Assembly: GCA_963823995.1 (NCBI GenBank)
Contig: CAWGNQ010000009.1
Coordinates: 173,079-237,078 of the forward strand
Source: an uncultured Acidobacteriota bacterium
GTDB lineage: Bacteria; Acidobacteriota; UBA6911; RPQK01; JAPXNP01
Length of the DNA: 64,000 nt
Reading direction: 5' to 3'
The notes beneath the pieces were generated by a model. That model searched no databases. It had not been told where the DNA came from and saw only the letters and a list, made by a program, of their open reading frames with translations. This document shows, piece after piece, positions 1-8,181 of the stretch (positions are counted from its first letter, which is position 1; each line of letters opens with the position of its first letter). A program made the translations under genes and the position numbers.

Positions 1-1044
1 GTCCGGACCGACCGTCGACGTGGGAGCGTCGTCGATGAAGATCCCGTTCCTCTCGTTGTGGTAGAGGGAGATCATCTGATTCGAAAAGTTTCCGATGATC
101 ACGCTCTGGTACCCGGAGCGGTCGTAGTCGGCTGCATCGATGCCCATGGCGCCCCGCGCGACACCGTCCTCACTGAAGGCGATGCCCGCAATGACACCGA
201 CATCCTTGAATGTCCCGTCTCCCATGTTCTGCCAAAGCTTGTTCGGTTGGGTGTCGTTGGCCATCATGATGTCGAGCAAGCCGTCGTTGTTATAGTCGAA
301 GACGAGGACTCCCAGCCCCTTATTCGTCTCATCGAGAAGCCCGGCCTTCCTGGTGACGTCTTCGAAGGTGCCGTTGCCCCGGTTGTGGTACAGCCTTGGA
401 GAAGCACCGTGATAGGACTGCGGAGTGCAGTAGGATTTCTTTTCGCCGTCGAGGGAGCAGTAGATGTCCGTCTCGCGGCTCCATTTCACGTAGTTGGCCA
501 CGAACAGATCCAGGTACCCGTCTCGATCGTAATCCAGAAAAGCGGCACTGGTACCGAAGGCGGAATCGCCGCCCAAGCCTGCGCTCTCGGTCACATCTTT
601 GAAGGTGCCGTTCCCTTCATTTCGGAAGAGGCGATCCTGACCCAGCGTCGTGATGTACAGGTCGCAGTCACCGTCGTTGTCGTAATCGGCGGCGGTGACT
701 CCCATCCCATAAGTCTCGACGGCAAGGCCGGCCTGTTTCGTGACCTCGGTGAAGGTGCCGTTCTTGTTGTTGCGGTAGAGCGCAGGGTAGCTGGGCGCCG
801 ACTTCTTGCCGTCGGGCCAGTTGGTGCCGTTGACCAGGTAGATGTCAAGCCATCCGTCTCCGTTGTAATCGAAGAAGGCACCCCCGGAGCCCATGGTCTC
901 CGGCAGGTACTTCTTGCCGAAGGCCCCGTTGTTCTGCTGGAAATGTATGCCCGCCGCGTCGGTGACGTCGCTGAACTTGACCTGCGCCCAAGCGGTACCC
1001 ACCAGTGTGACTGCTATGAAAAGAAGGATTGCCGATTTTCTCAT
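1..1044 (-). CDS. FG-GAP/VCBS-repeat protein of the ASPIC/UnbV (CRTAC1-like) type, N-terminal 348 codons only (runs off window start)
   Basis: Absent from the ORF track because no stop lies in the window. ATG at 1044 (cat at 1042-1044). My translation begins MRKSAILLFIAVTLVGTAWAQVKFSDVTDAAGIHF (signal peptide). Repeated FG-GAP-type blocks follow: FFDYNGDGWLDIYLVNG, AADYDNDGDCDLYITT, FLDYDRDGYLDLFVANY, VFDYNNDGLLDIMMAND and AADYDRSGYQSVIIGNF. Each block is followed by L(Y/F)(R/H)N..NGTF.DVT. The listed ORF 58..1050 (+) is its antisense shadow. Confidence 0.8.
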   Translation of the reverse strand, partial: MRKSAILLFIAVTLVGTAWAQVKFSDVTDAAGIHFQQNNGAFGKKYLPETMGSGGAFFDYNGDGWLDIYLVNGTNWPDGKKSAPSYPALYRNNKNGTFTEVTKQAGLAVETYGMGVTAADYDNDGDCDLYITTLGQDRLFRNEGNGTFKDVTESAGLGGDSAFGTSAAFLDYDRDGYLDLFVANYVKWSRETDIYCSLDGEKKSYCTPQSYHGASPRLYHNRGNGTFEDVTRKAGLLDETNKGLGVLVFDYNNDGLLDIMMANDTQPNKLWQNMGDGTFKDVGVIAGIAFSEDGVARGAMGIDAADYDRSGYQSVIIGNFSNQMISLYHNERNGIFIDDAPTSTVGPD

Positions 1045-1085
1045 GGCTGAACCGTCCATTTCACTCTCTATGGAGAATGCGGTAC

Positions 1086-3932
1086 TTAACGTCCTCCGGA
1101 ATAGCCCTGCGAACCGTGGCCGCCCCTGATCCCAACCATCGACTGGCTGGCCGGGATCTTGTCCAGGGGGTACGTGCCATGCTCGTGAATCGCCTGGCGT
1201 TCGTTGTTGTCGTTGGGATGGTCCCGCAGGTAGGGGCCCGTGATGGCCTGCGAGCTCTCGTCGGCCTTGAAGCGCAGATAGAGGGCCTGTTCGTGCTCGG
1301 CCTTCTCCTGATCGCGCAGGGCCCGATAGCAGAGCATCAGGTTGTAGTGTGCCTGCAGGTCCTCGGGATCGACCTTCAGGACGGAGTTCAGGACCTGAAC
1401 GGCATCTTCGAACTCGCGCTTGAGGAAGAGCAGCCGGCCGATCTGGTTGAGCACGACGCGATCCCGGGGGTACTTGTTGTGGGCCTTTCGGAAGTGCTCG
1501 AGAGCCGTGTCGTAGTCACCGGTGGACTTGTACGCCATCCCGAGGAAGAACTGAGTCTTGGCCAGTTCCGGATCGATCTTCTCGGCCTTGAGCAACACCT
1601 CCATGGCTTCCTGGGGACGGCCCTCGAGCTCACGAGCACGTCCGACGTTGACCCAGCCGTCCGCAAAGGTCGGATCGATCTCGGTGACTCGAGCGAAGAC
1701 CTCCTCGGCCGCCTTCAGGTCTCCCTGAAGCAGAAGACCGATGCCGAAATCATTCCACCGGATGAGGTCCGATTTATCGAGCACGGATTCCTGAGCGGGC
1801 ATCTCCGCGTCCTTGCCGACGACTCGAAGCTCCGCTTCCGACTTCGCCATCGTGACGATCGGCAACTCGGGCAACTTCTTCACCTCGCCCGCGACGTCCG
1901 TCGTGTCGCCGGTGAAGACCCACTTGCCGTTATCGTGTCCGGGGCCGACATCGGGATTCGGATCACTGGGATCCCGCTCGCCGGCGTAGGCCCAGTGCGT
2001 ATTCCACCAGGAGAACTTCCGATAGTTCACCTTCGCCGTCAGGAAGATCTTCTCGCCCGCATCCTCGGGGATCTTCAACCTGAAGTGGACGGTGTCGGCG
2101 GCGCCCGGAGGAATCAGTCGAACATAAGCAACGGTGCGCGTTGCCCAGGCATTCCGCTTGTTGATCGGGTTGCCCTGGCCGTCCAGCATCAGGGAGCGAT
2201 AGAAATGTGCGCTCGGATCCACCGGTCCCTTGGTCCCGTCAGGATACTCAGGCACATAGCCGCTCCAGAAGATGACCTTTCCGGTTTCGTCGACTGCTTT
2301 CAGTTCGACCCAAACCTCGAAAGCGTCGACCGTCCCGCCGGGAAAGAAGTGCCCGACACCTTTGGTCCGAACCACGACGTTCACCCGCACGGACTGACCA
2401 CGTCGGACGTAGGGCTCCACTTTGTCGATGGGAGCGACGACCTGACCGACGGCCGTATATCCGGCGCCCCGTCCCCCAACGGCAAACCCGAGCTGATCTC
2501 CTTCCGCGAAGGTGCTCGAGGTCTGCAGAGTCTGCCGTGTCGCCGGCGCCTGGGTACCTTCTTCTTCGGACGCTTCGCTGAGCGCGAAGATATCGACGCC
2601 CACCTGATCGTTCTTCAGGAAATTCTCCACCAGCTCCAGCTGGTCCTTGAAGCCGTTGGCGGTAGGAAGCGCGGTGTTGGCACCCGGGAAACGGTGATCG
2701 TGGACCACGCCGTCGACGTTGCCCGCATCGTGCGACTCGATCAGAGGCATATGGCAGTCTGGACAGGCCTTGGGGTGATCCGGATAATAAAAACTTCTGG
2801 CGCCCTGGCCCGAGACACCGCTGGTCTGCCAGCCGTCGTACTCATTGAAGCCGCGAAACCAGCGGTAATTATTGACAGGGACATCCAGATGCACCTTGTG
2901 GCAGGCGGAGCAGAACTCGCCGGGCTGATTTCGCATGAAGGGCTTCATGAAGGTCTCGCGATGCGGACCCGGATCAAGCTTGACGACGAAATCGTGCAGG
3001 TATCGGATGAGCGGATTGTCGCTCGTGGCCAGATCGTGCAACGGCGGGTATTCGATGACGAAGCTGCCGTTTCCCATCGTGCTGTGCACCGAGACGATCG
3101 AATGACAGGATGTGCAGGTCAGTCCCACGGTCGCTTCGGGTCGATCCAGTTGGTCCTTCATCGGAGTGTCCATCATTCCGTTGAAGAACACGGCGTGGTC
3201 GTGACAGCCACCGCACCATTTCGAAGGCTCGGTTCCGATCGTGTCCTGCATGTAGAGGACTGCCTTGCGGTACCACTGGTTGTTGAATGAGGCGAAGTGG
3301 TGAGCACTGGTCTGCCACTGCTTGTAGATATCCGGATGGCAACCCGATCTCCCGCAGCTGTCGGGTTTCATGAAGAAATCCGACGGGATCGTTCGGTTGA
3401 CGTTCGTGTTGGCCGAAGAGGGAAAGAACTCACTATCGGCACCGGCACCTTCATCCTGCATCGTCGTCGGAACCGTAATCGGGTTCTCGATTTTCGGAAA
3501 TCGATCGAGTCCCCCGAGTTGAACGATCAACGGAATGGCCAGCGCCGCCGCCGTGAAACCACCCAACGGCAACCATCCTTCGCGTCGAATGGCCAGATGC
3601 AGGACCATCAGGAGAACCCCGGCCGCAGAGACGGCGACATGAGCGGCGACGAACCCGTAGTAGGGCCGTGTCGCACCCGTGAAAATAAGGTAAATGCCGC
3701 TGGCTGAAGCCACTGCCAGAACGAAGCAGGCAAGTCGGCCATCCCAACCGAGGGTGGCACCATACCGTCGCCAGAAGAGGACCAGCAGGACGATGAGTGC
3801 CAGGCCCAGGCCCAGGTGCGCGAAGACGTTCATCACGTAGAAGAGCGTCGGCGACTCAAAACTGTACAGGTACCCGGAATTGAGCGCGAGCAACCCCAAG
3901 GCGATGATAAAAAGCCGTTTGATATTCATCAT
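1086..3932 (-). CDS. membrane-anchored multiheme c-type cytochrome with C-terminal TPR repeats
   Basis: 948-aa ORF. The N-terminal ~160 aa are strongly hydrophobic (several TM helices). Heme-attachment motifs seen: CGRSGCH (CX4CH), CGGCH, CTSCH, CSACH, CPDCH. The C-terminal ~250 aa are TPR-like (AEEVFARVTEIDPTFADGWVNVGRA, AMEVLLKAEKIDPELAKTQFFLGMAY, ALEHFRKAHNKYPRDRVVLNQIGRL, AVQVLNSVLKVDPEDLQAHYNLMLCY). The stop lies 41 nt upstream of the FG-GAP gene start on the same strand. Confidence 0.8.
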   Translation of the reverse strand: MMNIKRLFIIALGLLALNSGYLYSFESPTLFYVMNVFAHLGLGLALIVLLVLFWRRYGATLGWDGRLACFVLAVASASGIYLIFTGATRPYYGFVAAHVAVSAAGVLLMVLHLAIRREGWLPLGGFTAAALAIPLIVQLGGLDRFPKIENPITVPTTMQDEGAGADSEFFPSSANTNVNRTIPSDFFMKPDSCGRSGCHPDIYKQWQTSAHHFASFNNQWYRKAVLYMQDTIGTEPSKWCGGCHDHAVFFNGMMDTPMKDQLDRPEATVGLTCTSCHSIVSVHSTMGNGSFVIEYPPLHDLATSDNPLIRYLHDFVVKLDPGPHRETFMKPFMRNQPGEFCSACHKVHLDVPVNNYRWFRGFNEYDGWQTSGVSGQGARSFYYPDHPKACPDCHMPLIESHDAGNVDGVVHDHRFPGANTALPTANGFKDQLELVENFLKNDQVGVDIFALSEASEEEGTQAPATRQTLQTSSTFAEGDQLGFAVGGRGAGYTAVGQVVAPIDKVEPYVRRGQSVRVNVVVRTKGVGHFFPGGTVDAFEVWVELKAVDETGKVIFWSGYVPEYPDGTKGPVDPSAHFYRSLMLDGQGNPINKRNAWATRTVAYVRLIPPGAADTVHFRLKIPEDAGEKIFLTAKVNYRKFSWWNTHWAYAGERDPSDPNPDVGPGHDNGKWVFTGDTTDVAGEVKKLPELPIVTMAKSEAELRVVGKDAEMPAQESVLDKSDLIRWNDFGIGLLLQGDLKAAEEVFARVTEIDPTFADGWVNVGRARELEGRPQEAMEVLLKAEKIDPELAKTQFFLGMAYKSTGDYDTALEHFRKAHNKYPRDRVVLNQIGRLLFLKREFEDAVQVLNSVLKVDPEDLQAHYNLMLCYRALRDQEKAEHEQALYLRFKADESSQAITGPYLRDHPNDNNERQAIHEHGTYPLDKIPASQSMVGIRGGHGSQGYSGGR

Positions 3933-4212
3933 TTCGTCAACTCTCCGAATAAATCCTACCCTTTCGGCAGTCTGGCTCGGCGGAGTTCATCGATGGCCCT
4001 CGAAACTTCCTTTTCCGGCGCTTTCTTCCAATAGAGCCGGAAAAGCTGAGACTTCCCCCCTCACCCCAGTGTCGATCATGAACGCGATGTCGGCGAGAGC
4101 TTCCGGAGCTGCTCACCAGGGTTCTGGAAATTGGCAACCATCCTAGCATACAAGGGAGGGTGAGTGGTATGGCTACAAGGTCCCCTTTCTTATATTTCGT
4201 TGAAAGTGTCGA

Positions 4213-4965
4213 TCAAGGCTTGCGGACGTGTTCCGGGTCGAGGTGTTGCCCCTTTCGCACGTACCAATCCATCTGACGCAGAATGCCGCGCACGATGCGG
4301 ATGTCGCGCGGTGTCAGATCGGCCCGGCCAAGGAATCGGCGGATCGAGCGCATGATGTGTCCCGGATTGGAGACACTCAGGAAACCGATCTCCCGAAGCG
4401 TAGACTCCATGTGCGTGAACATCTGATCGAGGCACACCTGATCCGCCCGTTCCAGCTCGGATTCAGAATGACCGGAGGTGCAGGTGTAGATTTCGTAGGC
4501 AATGAGAAGTACGGCCTGCGCCAGGTTCAGCGTGGGGAAGTCGGGTGACGTCGGGATGCGGATAAGTTGCCCGCAACGGGCCAGTTGTTCCTCGGTCAGT
4601 CCACTTCTTTCCGGACCGAAGACAATACACGCCCGCTGACCGGCTGCGAGAGACCGGAGTCGGCCTGCCGCCTCACGGACGGAAAGCACCCGGGCACGAA
4701 CCCTTCGACCCCGTGTCGAAGTCGTCCCGAGCACCAGATGCTCTTCGGAAACGGCCTCTTCGAACGAAGAGAATACGGAGGCTTCCTGCAAAAGATCGAC
4801 GGCTCCGACGGCGAAGGCAACGCTTTCGTCCGCCAGGGGGTCGCATGGTTCGACCAGTTTCAGACGCCGCAATCCCATGTTCTTCATGGCACGGGCGGCC
4901 GCGCCGATATTCCCGGGGTTCTTCGGCGTAACGAGGAGAATCGAGATATCGTCCAGATCTCTCAT
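4213..4965 (-). CDS. trmJ: tRNA (cytidine/uridine-2'-O-)-methyltransferase TrmJ (SpoU/TrmH fold)
   Basis: C-terminal 250 aa of listed ORF 4213..5382. I start it at ATG 4965 (MRDLDDISILLVTPKNPGNIGAAARAMKNMG). The upstream 139 codons are Arg/Ser-rich and overlap the aminotransferase gene. SpoU motifs: NPGNIGAAARAM, IVFGPERSGLT, IPTSPDFPTLNLAQAV. It also has the TrmJ-type C-terminal extension (IMRSIRRFLGRADLTPRDIRIVRGIL). Confidence 0.85.
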   Translation of the reverse strand: MRDLDDISILLVTPKNPGNIGAAARAMKNMGLRRLKLVEPCDPLADESVAFAVGAVDLLQEASVFSSFEEAVSEEHLVLGTTSTRGRRVRARVLSVREAAGRLRSLAAGQRACIVFGPERSGLTEEQLARCGQLIRIPTSPDFPTLNLAQAVLLIAYEIYTCTSGHSESELERADQVCLDQMFTHMESTLREIGFLSVSNPGHIMRSIRRFLGRADLTPRDIRIVRGILRQMDWYVRKGQHLDPEHVRKP

Positions 4966-4981
4966 GGTCCGCACACTCGTC

Positions 4982-6160
4982 TCAGGTCGCACCCAGCGCG
5001 GCTTCGAGCCGATCGAAGGCGACAGCGAGCTGCTCCAGCGGCGCAGCATAGGAGAGTCGAATGTAGCCGTCCGTACCGAAGGCAGAACCGGGAACGGTGG
5101 CGACGCGGGCTTCCCGGAGCAGGAAACGGGAAAACTCGACCGAGTTCGTGCAGCCCGTCGCTTTGATCGCCTCGCGTACGTTCGGAAAAACGTAGAATGC
5201 TCCGCTCGGAGGCACGCAGTGAAAACCGGGCAGCACACGCAGGCGCTCGAGCACGAAACTCCGCCGGCGTCCATACTCCTGGCGGATCGTGTCAAAATCG
5301 CTTTCCGGGCGCGAAAGCGCAGCCAGCGCGGCCTTTTGGGAAATCGAGCACGGATTGCCGCTTTGATGGCTCTGGAATTCATTGATTTTCGTCATCAGCT
5401 CCCCGGATCCCACACAGTAGCCGATTCGCCACCCTGTCATCGCGTGAATCTTCGAGAATGAGCCGACCACTGCAAAGCTGGAAGACGTGTCTTCGAAGTA
5501 GGCTGCCACCGATGTATGCCGATGCACCGAATAGGTGAACTGATCGTAGGTCTCGTCCGAAAGCACGAAGACGCCTTCCTTCCGTGCCAGCTGAAGCGCC
5601 GTCTCCAGGGTGGAGGAGGGAATCATCGCCCCGGTCGGGTTGTTCGGAGTGTTCAGAATCAACCCTCGGGTACGACCGCCCAAAGCAGCCTCGAGGGCGT
5701 CCAGATCCGGGATGAAGCCGTCTTCTTCCCGCGTGGCCAGCAGCGTCGGCGCTGCTCCCGTCAACCTGACAACCTCGGGAAACGTCACCCAATATGGAGC
5801 GGGGATGAGTACTTCGTCGCCATCCTGGAAGACAGCCATACAGACATTGAACACCGCTTGTTTGGCGCCGGCACAGACGACGACGTTCTCGAGACCGAAT
5901 CGTGTGCCCCAGCGGCAGTTGAACGTCTGGGCGATTCCGGAGCGGAGCTCGTCAAAACCTGCGCTTGCCGTGTATCGCGTGAAATCTTCCTGAATGGCGC
6001 GAACGCCGGCTTCCTTGATGGATTCGGGGGTCGGAAAATCAGGCTGACCGGGTCCGAGGTCGATCACATCGACTCCCCGGGCCCGCAACTGCTGGGCCTC
6101 CAGCATCACGACCATCGTCGGCGAGGCGCTGATGCGCTGGAGGCGATCCGCAATTCTCAA
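4982..6160 (-). CDS. class I pyridoxal-phosphate aminotransferase (aspartate/aromatic aminotransferase-like)
   Basis: Motifs LNTPNNPTGAM and SFSKIHAMTGWRIGY (PLP lysine). The first 133 codons of listed ORF 4982..6559 are Arg/Gly-rich and overlap the upstream gene. TTG at 6160 gives (M)RIADRLQRISASPTMVVMLEAQQLRARGVDVIDLGPGQPDFPTP, the usual N-terminus of this family. That TTG overlaps the upstream stop as TTGA. Alternative ATG starts are at 6115 and 6106. Confidence 0.85.
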   Translation of the reverse strand: MRIADRLQRISASPTMVVMLEAQQLRARGVDVIDLGPGQPDFPTPESIKEAGVRAIQEDFTRYTASAGFDELRSGIAQTFNCRWGTRFGLENVVVCAGAKQAVFNVCMAVFQDGDEVLIPAPYWVTFPEVVRLTGAAPTLLATREEDGFIPDLDALEAALGGRTRGLILNTPNNPTGAMIPSSTLETALQLARKEGVFVLSDETYDQFTYSVHRHTSVAAYFEDTSSSFAVVGSFSKIHAMTGWRIGYCVGSGELMTKINEFQSHQSGNPCSISQKAALAALSRPESDFDTIRQEYGRRRSFVLERLRVLPGFHCVPPSGAFYVFPNVREAIKATGCTNSVEFSRFLLREARVATVPGSAFGTDGYIRLSYAAPLEQLAVAFDRLEAALGAT

Positions 6161-7107
6161 GCCTGCAGTTCCCGGCGCAATGCTTCCCGTGCCTGTTCGA
6201 CCTCGTCGAGTATCTTCTGCGGCTGTTTCCCGGTCATCATGGCAACCTCGTCGGACGTAAAGCCTTCGAGGGCGAAAAGGACGAATGACTCCCGAACCGA
6301 CGGAGAGAGGGCCGCAATGGCCCGCTGCAACTGAGCCTCCATCTCGTCTCGTTCCAGCAACTGCTCCGGATTCGAGATGCTTCCGTCCCGAAGGAGGTCC
6401 TCGAGATGCATCGATTCGTCCGGCTGGTAGAAGTTGAGGTCTTCGTCCTCCCACTGCTTTTGGCGGTTCGCTTCTTCCTCGATATGACGGTCGTCGCGTT
6501 GCGTGTTGAGCTCGTCGAAGCGCTCCTGCAGGATGGTCCCGGCGACTTTGAACATCCACTGCTCGATGGTCAGGTTCGGAGGCTTCCCTTCAGGTCGGGA
6601 TGTGACGAACAGAAAAACATCATCGACCAGAGCCTGCGGCTCCAGAATACCGGGAGGAATCTGGCTTTGGACGACGAGGTGAAAGACTTCACGCCGAATG
6701 TAACCCTCGAGCTTCTCCAGGTGAGTGTTGGCCTCGCTTTCGACCTCCCAGCGCGTCAGGGGGACCGTCGGCGTCGAGGGTGGGGGCTGTTTCCGCCACA
6801 GCTTTTCACGATTCAACTGGCTCTTGAAACGCTGCACTCGGCGACGCAACTCACTGAAGGCGTGCACCAGGCTGGTCGTGGGATTGTTCTCGATCTCCTC
6901 GACCTTGATCACTCGTTGCGGCAGCGTCAGAACGAGGCCGGTCTGAAACTGGCTTCCCCGCGGCAGCTTGGCCAGGCTGACATCCATGTCCACGGTTTCG
7001 GGAGCAAACGTCGGCAGCATCTTGCGGATCTTCGCGCATTGCCGATTGATCAGTTGCTCGTGACTCTTCAACAAATCCAGATTACGAGGGTGGATTTTGA
7101 CATTCAT
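6157..7107 (-). CDS. fusion protein: N-terminal HPF/RaiA (ribosomal S30AE)-like domain + ECF-type sigma-70 regions 2 and 4
   Basis: 316 aa. Residues 1-~105 (MNVKIHPRNLDLLKSHEQLINRQCAKIRKML..VDMDVSLAKL..FQTGLVLTLPQRVIKVEEIENNPTTSLVHAFSELRRRVQRFKSQL) have the length and alternating pattern of hibernation-factor domains. Residues ~128-200 resemble a degenerate sigma region 2 (ALVDDVFLFV..IEQWMFKVAGTILQERFDEL). Residues 255-316 are a clear region 4.2 HTH (LQRAIAALSPSVRESFVLFALEGFTSDEVAMMTGKQPQKILDEVEQAREALRREL). Confidence 0.6.
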   Translation of the reverse strand: MNVKIHPRNLDLLKSHEQLINRQCAKIRKMLPTFAPETVDMDVSLAKLPRGSQFQTGLVLTLPQRVIKVEEIENNPTTSLVHAFSELRRRVQRFKSQLNREKLWRKQPPPSTPTVPLTRWEVESEANTHLEKLEGYIRREVFHLVVQSQIPPGILEPQALVDDVFLFVTSRPEGKPPNLTIEQWMFKVAGTILQERFDELNTQRDDRHIEEEANRQKQWEDEDLNFYQPDESMHLEDLLRDGSISNPEQLLERDEMEAQLQRAIAALSPSVRESFVLFALEGFTSDEVAMMTGKQPQKILDEVEQAREALRRELQA

Positions 7108-7116
7108 CTAGCGCCG

Positions 7117-7146
7117 ATTATACGGCGCCTCGATCAAATAGGGCAA
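7117..7146 (-). promoter_or_regulatory. putative sigma-70 promoter for the HPF-sigma gene, implying a near-leaderless mRNA
   Basis: On the minus strand: TTGCCC (7146-7141), an 18-nt spacer, then a perfect TATAAT (7122-7117). The TATAAT ends 9 nt before ATG 7107, and no Shine-Dalgarno lies between them. Confidence 0.3.
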
Positions 7147-7245
7147 ACCTCCACTTTCCAGAGTCTTGCGGGAATGAGGGCGGAAAGTACACACCTCGTC
7201 GGTCGCGTTCCTGATCGGCGGAGCCGCAGTGTAGAATGGCTTCAA

Positions 7246-8181
7246 ATGGAGATCGTTCCGCTCAGAGACTGCCCGGTTGCAGATCTGACCCCCATCTTTG
7301 CGGAAGAAACCCGGCATTGGAAAGACCACATCTACTGGGACTATCGACCTACGCTCGACATCCTTCGTCGATTCATGACGGCCCGCAACCTGCCCGGCTT
7401 CGTGCTCCGGGAGAATGGTCGCCCGTGTGGATACTCTTACTTCGTCGTCGATCGTCCCGTCGCATTCATCGGAAACGTCTATGTCCGCGACGAGTTCGCC
7501 CACCCGCAAGCCTATTCCGCCTTGATCGAACGCACGGTGGCAGCCGCCACGTCCGCTCCCATCGTACAGAGGATCGAGACCCAGATTTTCGAGTTCAACT
7601 GCAAGTTCCGTTCCATCTTCAGCGCCTGCGGTTTCCGGATCCTGCCGCGGCATTTGCTGGTCTGTCCCTTGACGGAGGCTGTCGTCGAGGAGCCGATCCT
7701 GCCTCAGGGGGCTCCCTGGCGTCTTCGCCAGTGGCAGGCAAAAGACCTGATGCCTTCCGCGGAACTCGTCTTCGACAGTTATCGCAACTCGTTCGATGCC
7801 GAACTCTGCCACGACTACCAAAGCCGACAGGGATGCGTCCGTTTTCTGCGGAACCTCATCGACAGCCCAGCTTGCGGTCAGTTCTGTCCGCAGGACACCT
7901 TGATTGCCGTCGATCACTTCGATCAGCTGTGTGGCGTATTGCTGGCGACCCGCACTCAGGAAACCACCGCCATGATCCCCCAGTTCTCCGTACGCCGACG
8001 TTATCAGGGCCGCGGGCTGGGCACGACCATGTTGAGCTGCTTCCTTTCGCAGTGTCGAAGTCAGGGAATGGAGCGAATCACCCTCTCGGTTTCCGAAGCC
8101 AACGCTCGGGCCTTTCGCCTCTATCTGAGGAGTGGCTTCGAAATACAGAAGAGCTTCAGTGCTTTCGTCTGGGAACGTTAG
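7246..8181 (+). CDS. GNAT-family N-acetyltransferase with a degenerate N-terminal GNAT-like half
   Basis: In-frame ATG at 7246 (MEIVPLRDCPVADL) inside listed ORF 6406..8181. The upstream 280 codons are antisense to the sigma-fusion gene. The C-terminal half has the acetyl-CoA motif RRRYQGRGLGTTML and SEANARAFRLYLRSGFE. The N-terminal half is GNAT-like (FIGNVYVRDEF..FSACGFRIL) but lacks the Q/RxxGxG motif. Confidence 0.7.
   Translation: MEIVPLRDCPVADLTPIFAEETRHWKDHIYWDYRPTLDILRRFMTARNLPGFVLRENGRPCGYSYFVVDRPVAFIGNVYVRDEFAHPQAYSALIERTVAAATSAPIVQRIETQIFEFNCKFRSIFSACGFRILPRHLLVCPLTEAVVEEPILPQGAPWRLRQWQAKDLMPSAELVFDSYRNSFDAELCHDYQSRQGCVRFLRNLIDSPACGQFCPQDTLIAVDHFDQLCGVLLATRTQETTAMIPQFSVRRRYQGRGLGTTMLSCFLSQCRSQGMERITLSVSEANARAFRLYLRSGFEIQKSFSAFVWER

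Noticed and set aside
58-3290. Long plus-strand ORFs 58..1050 (330 aa) and 1029..3290 (753 aa)
   Set aside because: They are antisense shadows of the FG-GAP gene and the cytochrome-TPR gene. Their translations are Val/Gly/Arg/Asp-rich with no motifs, while the minus-strand frames carry clear family signatures.
4120-4150. TGGCAAC..TAGCAT string resembling a sigma-54 -24/-12 promoter
   Set aside because: The GG-to-GC spacing is two nucleotides too long. It is also on the plus strand, where no gene follows.
4966-6559. 5' extensions of ORFs 4213..5382 and 4982..6559
   Set aside because: The extensions are Arg/Ser/Gly-rich, overlap the upstream genes and precede the conserved family N-termini. 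Starts were moved to 4965 and 6160.
6406-7245. N-terminal 280 codons of the 591-aa ORF 6406..8181
   Set aside because: This part is antisense to the HPF-sigma gene and has no protein-like features. The GNAT protein begins at the in-frame ATG 7246.
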